In this document: piece by piece, positions 47,401-53,315 of the stretch
How positions within the stretch are numbered: position 1 is the stretch's first letter
Layout: every line of letters begins with the position of its first letter
Assembly (NCBI GenBank): GCA_902800355.1
Contig: CADCEE010000004.1
Location: 16,175 to 80,174 of the forward strand
Direction: 5' to 3'
Source of the DNA: an uncultured Erysipelotrichaceae bacterium
GTDB taxonomy: Bacteria > Bacillota_I > Bacilli_A > RFN20 > CAG-826
Length of the DNA stretch: 64,000 nucleotides
Position numbers and translations under genes: made by a program
Notes under the pieces: model-generated
Databases searched by the model: none
Seen by the model: only the letters and a program-made list of their open reading frames with translations
Told to the model about the DNA's origin: nothing

Positions 47401-48635
47401 GAATCAAGTAATTTAGTTTCTTCTTCGTCTAATAAATCAATATCAATAAGTCTTTCTTTCTTTAAGAATTCTGACATCACCACTTCATACATTTTAATGA
47501 TGTGTTTAATTGTGGACTCATTATATAAATCAGCACGATATTCCACCCAGATAATATATTTACCTTCTAAACGATGAAGTTCGACACTGAGTTTTTCTTT
47601 GCCATCTTTTCTTAATAATGGAGTAACTTCAAGTAATTTACCTTGATATTCACCAGAATAGAAATAATCACCTTGATAAGAGAATAAGACATCCGCACTT
47701 ACTCCAAAGTCTTTATTCATATCCGCAAAAGGATAGATGTTATGCTTAACATTATCAATTTGTTGTGCATTTGTTTTTAACAAATAATCTTTAACTTTAT
47801 CTTCGTCAGTATAGCTTAAATAAAGTGGATAAGTTTTAACATATGAACCTACACTCCTAGCGACGCTTTCATCTCTTCCGTTATGTACCGCTAAGAATAA
47901 AGCCTCGTTTTCCATATTAATCTTACTTAATAAGTAAGAGAACGCACCTAAGAAGAAGGAAGATGTTTTAATACCTAGTTTCTTAGTCAAAACTTTAACG
48001 TCTTTATCAGTAACATCTAAAGGAACACGGATATTGCCCCAAGAAACTTCTTTATCTTGTTTATCTTCTACTGGGGTAGAGTCAGTTTCAACTCCTCCAA
48101 CTAACTTTTCATAGTAATCTTTTGCTTCAATATATTTTTTAGACTTCAAGTCTTTTTCTTCTTTACTCGCAAATTCATTCGCATCAGATTTTTCAACTTC
48201 TAATTTCTTGCCCTCAAGAGCTTTTAAGAAATCACTTATAAAGATATGAATTGAAGTTCCGTCCATAATAATGTGATGGAAATCAAAATAGAAAACATAT
48301 TCATCTTTTACTCTGTAAAGTTTGAATCTATATAGGTGTTTATTAGTTAATTCATATGGTTTTGAATCAATCTTCACTTCCTTAACTTCTTCATAAGGGA
48401 GTTTGATTTCTTCTTCTTCGATGTGTTTAGTGATATTTCCTTCTTCATCAATGGATAAAACAGTAAATAAATAAGGATGAGCCTCAAAAACTGCTTTTAA
48501 GGCGTTAGCGACTTGTTCTTTAGTAACACCTCTACCTAAGTTAATCGTATTAGCGAGGTTATATGCATCTCCTGAATTTAAAGAAGAGATATATAATCCT
48601 TGTTCACTTTTAGATAATGGATAATGTTTATTCAT
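41403..48635 (-). CDS. Bimodular nonribosomal peptide synthetase, C-A-T-C-A-T-R (terminal thioester reductase)
   Basis: C1 FHHIIMDGTS (~nt 48262-48282). A1 LYTSGSTGVPKG (~46888-46925), YKTGD, GRKDGQVKIRGFRVEL. T1 FEVGLTSVS (~45790). C2 FHHILCDGTS (~45260-45285). A2 IYTSGSTGKPKG (~43876-43912), YRSGD, GRLDNQVKLRGLRVEL. T2 FEMGGTSLS (~42740-42760). R domain LLTGSTGFLG (~42470-42500) and YVHSKFDAEK (~41995-42028). Confidence 0.93.
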   Translation of the reverse strand: MNKHYPLSKSEQGLYISSLNSGDAYNLANTINLGRGVTKEQVANALKAVFEAHPYLFTVLSIDEEGNITKHIEEEEIKLPYEEVKEVKIDSKPYELTNKHLYRFKLYRVKDEYVFYFDFHHIIMDGTSIHIFISDFLKALEGKKLEVEKSDANEFASKEEKDLKSKKYIEAKDYYEKLVGGVETDSTPVEDKQDKEVSWGNIRVPLDVTDKDVKVLTKKLGIKTSSFFLGAFSYLLSKINMENEALFLAVHNGRDESVARSVGSYVKTYPLYLSYTDEDKVKDYLLKTNAQQIDNVKHNIYPFADMNKDFGVSADVLFSYQGDYFYSGEYQGKLLEVTPLLRKDGKEKLSVELHRLEGKYIIWVEYRADLYNESTIKHIIKMYEVVMSEFLKKERLIDIDLLDEEETKLLDSFNNTNFPYIEDGKTILDDFLDVVKKHPNEVAVVFKDKKYTYKEVDEISTRIANELIRLGAKKEKVVSILVKKSEYIVLASLGVIKSGAAYQPLDPTYPKDRLTFMVKDSSAIILIRDRELNDLVDDFKGKELFTDELLSLKDNTEIKTRPSPKDLFIMLYTSGSTGVPKGVMLEHGNIFSFVRYYRQEFNLGVGNRSAAYASYGFDADMMDLYPSLTSGATVYIIPDEMRLNLVELGEYYNKNQITHAFMTTQVGRQFASEIEVKSLKYFAVGGEKLVPMDPPKGYKFYNLYGPTEGTVFCTLQLVDKFYHRIPIGKCLSDYKIYILDKNKKRLPILTSGELYISGPQVARGYLNREKENSEAFLSNWFTKEEKFEKLYKTGDIVRLLEDGTIDFIGRKDGQVKIRGFRVELSEVEKVIRDFKDIKDATVKDFTDPSGVKYIVAYVVSDKKINVEELNNFILEQKPPYMVPAYTMQIDKIPLNQNQKVNKRALPVPELKVEEMVAPRNAAEQDIFDILKGVLGHDQFGVTNDIFEVGLTSVSSIRFTILLSKKYNKSVENGDLKAHSTIASLAEFLANKEDDKTFEVLDEYPLTKTQEGIFVECVSKPNSTNYNIPYLFKLDKKMDLAKLKEAVSQTIDNHPYLKSILHMNDSGDIVARRNSNPAKVEILKKEIDIKSLVRPFSILDGELYRVEIYEGKENYLFLDFHHILCDGTSEAIILSDIDKAYSGEKLTPETYTGYEVALQEKEDLASPKLDKAKAYYNEVLKDVDGEYTLKKDLKVEEISKLQSIDYELDLDNELVKKYVESNKLTNNALFNFAFAFTLSKFIYKDDSLYETIYNGRKSSKVMNSVSMFVKTLPVYIKYTEEDLVLSKVKQMQELLSGLEENDLYSFGDVANDYNLKADVIFAYQGDNFNFETLGGFKVTPILMESETPKSDFGLDIFLENEKYRAHFEWDQAVYTKDTIDSFKRLYELVLNELLTKKNIKDINCLPEFDKAQYEKFNQTEVEMPKDITVNKLVEKQAIDRPSKVAVVAKNGKLTYQELNESANKVAHALIKEGVKLADCVVMFMPRIKEAYVVRQGIAKSGGAFVPVDPKYPDERVSYIITDSGSKLLISTREIIKQKQELIKSTKVKTLAIEDLLQSKEINNPDVKIPQSSMAYVIYTSGSTGKPKGVMIAHKNLLNYVLDDSNLATICYRDIGEDCVSCSFASLSFDASLQEEFVPLTHGYTAVIASEEEIENPMLLAKTLKENHVKYMFMTPSFVSNLLDIDVFVDALKGFKYLDMGAEAVPMELCNRLRSLGVNANILNGYGPTETTITATYALVKDKYMTIGKPVANSKVFTLDKHGHILPINAIGDLTIAGESVGLGYLGLPEKTKEAFIEINGLKAYRSGDMARINSEGNVEFFGRLDNQVKLRGLRVELDEIERVLNSYNSVTRSIILVKQSPEGDYLAAYFTASSQVDKDQLLEHMGKYLTPYMVPKVVMQLDKFPLTPNGKIDKKSLPEIEVKEEKKEVKSASNDLEEKLLTLFKKALGKDNVGVDDDFFEMGGTSLSVSKVAMLALNMGLPIAYGDVFDYSTVLELEKHINSLSGVDTSEPTKVEAKEQKAELGSLAHNIVDEVNDTKDEYKVSKVLLTGSTGFLGIHILKELLDQKVATIALIRGGKLNPKDRLLGLLAYYFDSPLTEEVDKYVTIVDGDVTDETLGEKLKDYDFNLIINSAAIVKHFANDDIIEHVNVGGVKNLIEIAKKKKVRLVQISTLSVAGENIDNKFDSSFRMKEDMLDFGQDVSNKYVHSKFDAEKALLEAVDKDGLDGKIIRVGNLMSRQSDGEFQANSITNGFMRDLKGYATLKKFPVNSMDVEVDFSPIDEVAKTILLLSKTPSKFTVYHSANSHMVQMGDIIYVLNELGFGIEIVSDDEFLKSMKEMMLDDSKSMLVSSLISYSSSDMHTHSFILSDNEFTNKSLYHLGYKWPITDYQYLKNAIESLDTLGFFERTDL

Positions 48636-49225
48636 AACCTTTCCTCCTTGATGTTGATTTCAAATGGTGATTCATTTTCTCTAGTGACACAAATCACTGA
48701 GTCTAAATATTTAATTGTTTTTGATCGATATTTATTATTTTTATAGCTCTTCACGTTATTTATTGGAATTGAAGGAATGTCTTTAATCTTTTCTTTTATT
48801 CCTGTTCCAATACATTTAGTGAGCGACTCTTTATTAGTCCAGACTTCATAGAAAGATTTTTCATCTTTAATATATTCTTTTTCTTCTTTAGAAGAGATAT
48901 ATTCTATTAAGTCATCTTCTACTGGTCTTATCTTTTCTATATCCACTCCTATGGGGACATCATCTTTTATAAAGACTACACATCCTTTGGAGTGAGAAAT
49001 ATTAAAGAAGCAATCTTTACTAATCGGCTTACCATAAGAGTTAAGTGAATATTCCCCTATATATTTGTTTTTTAAAATAAGTGAGACTGCTTTTTCTTTT
49101 TTGGTTTCCTCTAGTTTATATCTAGATAACTCCATAATATTTTCTTCACTTAAAAACGAGGATGATAAAAGATCTTCAAGCGATAATATATTAGAATCTA
49201 CGAACAATAGATTAAGAATAATCAC
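48632..49225 (-). CDS. 4'-phosphopantetheinyl transferase (Sfp-type)
   Basis: GVDIEKI and WTNKESLTKC motifs. The TGA stop overlaps the NRPS ATG (ATGA). Confidence 0.85.
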   Translation of the reverse strand: MIILNLLFVDSNILSLEDLLSSSFLSEENIMELSRYKLEETKKEKAVSLILKNKYIGEYSLNSYGKPISKDCFFNISHSKGCVVFIKDDVPIGVDIEKIRPVEDDLIEYISSKEEKEYIKDEKSFYEVWTNKESLTKCIGTGIKEKIKDIPSIPINNVKSYKNNKYRSKTIKYLDSVICVTRENESPFEINIKEERL

Positions 49226-49314
49226 GTATTTATTATAACTATAATATAAATAAAAAAAACCAAAATTGAGATATAATCTACAATATTTGGTTTTTATCTA
49301 GCTAATTTACTTAA

Positions 49315-49725
49315 TTAAAAAGCGACGCTGAAGGAAGTTTGTGAACCAACATAGGCAACGTTATTGTGAGAGCCGTATTTACCGACTAAATTCTTGCCTA
49401 ATTCTTCCTTAGCACTATCAAACAGACGAATGTTATCGCCAGTTGTGACGAAACTAGAAGCTTGATCAGCGTTTCCAAAGAAGAATGCTAACAAGAAGTC
49501 CAAGTTATCTCCTTCTCCTTTAGTGCCATAAACAGCATCAACTAATTCAAAACCTTCAAATGTAAATCCTTTGTATCTTTCCTTAGCTTGTTCAGCTGTA
49601 TAAACAGTTGTTGAATAGCCACTACCAGCGAGTTTGCTTTTAACAGAACCTGAAGATTCGCTAGCGCCACAAGCGGTTAAACATAAAGAACTAGCAAATA
49701 ATAATGATGCAAATAGTTTTTTCAT
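49315..49725 (-). CDS. Small lipoprotein of unknown function
   Basis: Start taken at MKKLFASLLFASSLCLTACG (lipobox LTAC), with a GGAGG SD 7 nt upstream. Confidence 0.7.
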   Translation of the reverse strand: MKKLFASLLFASSLCLTACGASESSGSVKSKLAGSGYSTTVYTAEQAKERYKGFTFEGFELVDAVYGTKGEGDNLDFLLAFFFGNADQASSFVTTGDNIRLFDSAKEELGKNLVGKYGSHNNVAYVGSQTSFSVAF

Positions 49726-49800
49726 AATTTGACCTCCGATAATATATGAGTTGATGGATATATTATACAATAGCAATCGTCATAAATGTGTCACAAAAAG

Positions 49801-50727
49801 TCACAAATCACCAAACATAAATTCATTAATCCATTTTTTTATACATTTAAGTTGCCCTGGTGTATGAAAATAATGATCTCCATTTTTTAATATTGTCAAT
49901 GAGCAATTATGGGCACTAGCAAAGCTAAATATCGACTCATGATCCACAAGTTTATCATTTTGTCCATAAAGAATATGTGTCTTAACATCCCAATGATCAA
50001 CGTTATCTAAAGACTGATAAAAATCAAAGGAAATAGCCTGACCATTTTCAAGAACGATTATTTTTTCATTTTTGAATCTCTCTAAGGTAATGCTGTATTT
50101 TTTCATCATTTTATCAATAATTTTTCTCATATTAACTAACGGAGATATAAAGAAAGCTTTTTTTATTTTGAACGACGATAAATATCTATATGCATAAAAT
50201 GCACCAATTGAATTTGCTATTAGATAGACATTCCTATATTTTTTTGATATTTCACTAAATTCGTGAATGATTTTATCTTTAACTTCCCAAGGGTTGCCGT
50301 CATCATAATCTAGACCGATTACATCATATTTATTTGCAAGAAATGAATAAAAATTAGCTTCACCACTATTACCGTATAATCCGTGTATATAAACAAGGCA
50401 TGAATCTTTTTGTGGTTTCGTTGTTTTTTCAATTAATTCATCTATTTTTTCAAACTCTTTTTCAGTATTATCAAACAAATCTTTTGCACTAAGCATATAT
50501 TCTTTTAAAAGAACCAAAATCTTTTGATACGACATATCTTCTAATCCAGATTCAATTTTATTGATAGTCGATTTATGTGCGTAGCCTAAAGAATCCGCAA
50601 ACTCTTGCTGGGTAAGTCCTCTGTCTTTTCTAATCTTTTTTATTTTTAGTCCAAATTCATTCTTCATATTGATTTTTATAACTGTTTTTGTTTTAATATT
50701 TTTGCAACCGGTACGCGTTGACTCCAT
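49801..50727 (-). CDS. XRE-family HTH domain fused to an alpha/beta-hydrolase domain
   Basis: HTH LKIKKIRKDRGLTQQEFADSLGYAHKSTINKIESG. Hydrolase part has VYIHGLYGN, nucleophile elbow ANSIG, Asp in GQNDKLV and His in NGDHYFH. The start may instead be the ATG at 50667. Confidence 0.75.
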   Translation of the reverse strand: MESTRTGCKNIKTKTVIKINMKNEFGLKIKKIRKDRGLTQQEFADSLGYAHKSTINKIESGLEDMSYQKILVLLKEYMLSAKDLFDNTEKEFEKIDELIEKTTKPQKDSCLVYIHGLYGNSGEANFYSFLANKYDVIGLDYDDGNPWEVKDKIIHEFSEISKKYRNVYLIANSIGAFYAYRYLSSFKIKKAFFISPLVNMRKIIDKMMKKYSITLERFKNEKIIVLENGQAISFDFYQSLDNVDHWDVKTHILYGQNDKLVDHESIFSFASAHNCSLTILKNGDHYFHTPGQLKCIKKWINEFMFGDL

Positions 50728-50780
50728 GTGGGTTCATCGGTTGTTTTTTATTTTTTAAGAGATGGTGCCTTAACTGGTGT

Positions 50781-51122
50781 TTATCTAGATACAAATTTCA
50801 CTTTGTCAAAATCTTTTGGATTAAAGCTTATTCCTATTAATTCTTTGCCAATGTCTTTGCGTTTACAAAGCATTGGTCTATTTTTGATGTATGATTTAGT
50901 AACTTTATCTTCAGTTGGATAATCTAAATCTGTCAGATGTCTTTTATCAGCATTTCTTTTAGAGACATTGCCCGGTTTGTCACTTTCAGTAATAACGACT
51001 AAATATCGATTTGACTTATCGTCCTTTTGTACCACAAAACCTGGATGCCCTGTTTTACTATCATCATGAATTAAGTAGAATTTACCAATTTCTATTATCT
51101 TAGATAAAGCTATGTTTTCCAT
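50781..51122 (-). CDS. Hypothetical protein, weak PemK/MazF-like pattern
   Basis: 113 aa. GKFYLIHDDSKTGHPGFVVQKDD...RYLVVITESDK loosely follows the MazF SH3-like layout. No adjacent antitoxin-sized ORF. Confidence 0.35.
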   Translation of the reverse strand: MENIALSKIIEIGKFYLIHDDSKTGHPGFVVQKDDKSNRYLVVITESDKPGNVSKRNADKRHLTDLDYPTEDKVTKSYIKNRPMLCKRKDIGKELIGISFNPKDFDKVKFVSR

Positions 51123-51229
51123 GAAAAAATAATACCATTTAATAATTGAAAAATGTAGTTTTTTAGGAAACTTTTTTAAAACTCAAAAAAGTAATTATTA
51201 ATCTAATATGTCAAAAAGAATAAAGTAAT

Positions 51230-52828
51230 CTATTTTCTTCTTGAAGAACTCTTCTTATAAGTTTTTACACTCTTTTTCATAGTGGACAACATTCTTTTTC
51301 TTTTCTTCTTGCCGCTATTGATAAAGATAATGCCTAAGGCTAATAAAACTACTACTCCTCCACCAATAGCGATATAAAGAACATATTTTGGAACCCCTTT
51401 TTTAGCGTTGCTAACAGTAACAAAAATAGTTTGTTCAACTAATTTACCTTCGTAATTTGCAGAAGCTTTTATTGTGGCTGTGCCGTTTGCTAAAGCGGTA
51501 ATAGTTATTTCTTCATCATTAACAGATGTTGTTTTACTTAAACTAACAATATTTGGATCATCAACAGTCCAAGTAATCTCTCCATCTGCGTTACTACCTG
51601 ATACTTTAAAAGTATCACCTTTAGAAAAGCTAATCTTATCTACTGATAAAGTAAAGCCACTACCAATAGGGTCGGTAAGAGGACTTGCATAACCAGTTAC
51701 ATCAGGATTGTAGTTAGTGCCGTCTTTATCAGCGGTTCCCCAAATATAATCAGCCCATTCTGGGAAATCAATAAATGGATTTCTATTATTAGTGTAGTTA
51801 TTGAATAATAGGTTATTTCTATGAACTTCATATTCATCAACGGGATCTAGTTTGTTCCACGCTAATAAATCACTTAGCAAGCCCATGCCATATGCTTCAG
51901 TAGCGCTACTAGTGCCAGTTTTATTATTTTCTGACAAATCGTTTAGTAAAACTAAATTAGGGTTATTGCCGTCTATAGGAGCGGTATCACTACCAGAGAA
52001 ATAATTATAACGAGCCGCCATATAGAAAATTGATCTAGCAATATCGCCTTTATCGCTATCTTGAGGTTCAAATACTGTTTCACTACCACCGGCATTTTTA
52101 GATTTGCCGGTTAAATTGCCTTTAACGGTGTTATATTTACTTCCAGCATCACTATACGATTGATTCTTATCAACAAAAGCAAAGAAATAGTTACTATGTT
52201 CATGGTTAGCCCAGCCATTTCCTGCCCATAAATGAATTGGGTCTCCACGCGCTCCACCACTAGAATCGCTTCCTTTAGTGTCAAAGCCATGTGATTTAGC
52301 CCAAATATGCTCTTGGTTAATTCCCCAAGCATCTTGCTCGTGACTACCCCAGGCTCTAGCCTCGTTAGGGATATTTCTATCGTTATATAAGGCATGAATA
52401 TATGGATTATTTTTTCCGTTAGATGTACTGCCATATTCATACCCAGTGATAGTATTTGTACTTGGATCATATGAACCATATGTTGTACTACTAGCAGGAG
52501 ACTTTTTCCAGTCTCTATCAGTAATCTCATACATCTGCCAAATCTTAGTATTACTATCGTAGCTATAATATTTTTGTCCGTTTTTAAGAATCTCTTTTAA
52601 GTTCTTAAGAAGGTTTGTTCCTTGTCTTTCAGATGTGCTTAAAGAATTTAAAGCAGAATAATAATTTCTAATATCAGTTTTAGAAGTGTCATTTAAATTG
52701 ATGGTAGTTGGTAAATTAGCGATGCTATAAGCATCTGCTTTACTTACATCATTGAAATTTAGATTAAGCGAAATACTAGTTATAGATAAAAGTCCAATTG
52801 ACATTACTGGTATAAGTACTTTTTTCAT
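51230..52828 (-). CDS. Surface-anchored endonuclease I-family nuclease with Big_2 domain and C-terminal TM anchor
   Basis: NQEHIWAKSHG, DPIHLWAGNGWANHEHSN, KGDIARSIFYMAARY and NRNPFIDFPEWADYIWG match endonuclease I blocks. There is a Big_2-like repeat near the C-terminus, then a TM helix plus a basic tail. Start at MKKVLIP with a GGAGG SD. Confidence 0.8.
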   Translation of the reverse strand: MKKVLIPVMSIGLLSITSISLNLNFNDVSKADAYSIANLPTTINLNDTSKTDIRNYYSALNSLSTSERQGTNLLKNLKEILKNGQKYYSYDSNTKIWQMYEITDRDWKKSPASSTTYGSYDPSTNTITGYEYGSTSNGKNNPYIHALYNDRNIPNEARAWGSHEQDAWGINQEHIWAKSHGFDTKGSDSSGGARGDPIHLWAGNGWANHEHSNYFFAFVDKNQSYSDAGSKYNTVKGNLTGKSKNAGGSETVFEPQDSDKGDIARSIFYMAARYNYFSGSDTAPIDGNNPNLVLLNDLSENNKTGTSSATEAYGMGLLSDLLAWNKLDPVDEYEVHRNNLLFNNYTNNRNPFIDFPEWADYIWGTADKDGTNYNPDVTGYASPLTDPIGSGFTLSVDKISFSKGDTFKVSGSNADGEITWTVDDPNIVSLSKTTSVNDEEITITALANGTATIKASANYEGKLVEQTIFVTVSNAKKGVPKYVLYIAIGGGVVVLLALGIIFINSGKKKRKRMLSTMKKSVKTYKKSSSRRK

Positions 52829-52938
52829 GATAGCTCCTCCATAATACTTCATTTTTATTATAAATTAAAAATGACTATTAGACAAACCCCTATTTATAGA
52901 CTATGAAAAAAGACCCTTTTGGGTCAATCATTTTCATC

Positions 52939-53015
52939 TGGTCGGGACGACAGGATTTGAACCTGCGGCCTTCTGCTCCCAAAGCAGACGCGATACCAAG
53001 CTACGCTACGTCCCG
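52939..53015 (-). tRNA. tRNA-Pro (anticodon TGG)
   Basis: The reverse complement is CGGGACGTAGCGTAGCTTGGTATCGCGTCTGCTTTGGGAGCAGAAGGCCGCAGGTTCAAATCCTGTCGTCCCGACCA, which folds as a cloverleaf. Encoded CCA. Confidence 0.9.
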
Positions 53016-53036
53016 ATTTTCTTTTATAGCACTAAT

Positions 53037-53113
53037 TGGCGCGCTAGAGAGGATTCGAACCCCTGACTTCAACATTCGTAGTGTTGCACTCTATCCAACT
53101 GAGCTACTAGCGC
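53037..53113 (-). tRNA. tRNA-Arg (anticodon ACG)
   Basis: The reverse complement is GCGCTAGTAGCTCAGTTGGATAGAGTGCAACACTACGAATGTTGAAGTCAGGGGTTCGAATCCTCTCTAGCGCGCCA, which folds as a cloverleaf. Encoded CCA. Confidence 0.9.
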
Positions 53114-53185
53114 ACGATTTTTGTGCTATATGATTTTATCACATTAACAATTTCTTTCAATAACATTATTAATGTTTTATTTTGC

Positions 53186-53261
53186 TGGAGGTTCCTGGGG
53201 GATTCGAACCCTCGATCATTGAGTTGCAGTCAATTGCCTTACCAGACTTGGCTAAGGAACC
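53186..53261 (-). tRNA. tRNA-Cys (anticodon GCA)
   Basis: The reverse complement is GGTTCCTTAGCCAAGTCTGGTAAGGCAATTGACTGCAACTCAATGATCGAGGGTTCGAATCCCCCAGGAACCTCCA, a cloverleaf with one A-C mismatch in the T stem. Confidence 0.85.
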
Positions 53262-53315
53262 AGGTACAGCGATAGGTATTCTATCACTGCGTTTTTTTCT
53301 ATTCAAGAAAGAGTG

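Noticed and set aside
49226-49314. AACCAAA-N21-TTTGGTT plus T-run as a terminator after the small lipoprotein gene
   Set aside because: The stem is only 7 A/T-rich base pairs with a 21-nt loop, too weak to call. The PPTase promoter probably lies here as well.
50705-50755. CAACCG-N27-CGGTTG hairpin followed by a T-run on the plus strand, between two minus-strand genes. It also accounts for plus-strand ORF 50728-50922.
   Set aside because: The stem is only 6 bp with a 27-nt loop, and there is no plus-strand gene upstream to terminate. The segment may simply be the 5' end or alternative-start region of the XRE-hydrolase gene. Evidence is insufficient for an sRNA or terminator call.
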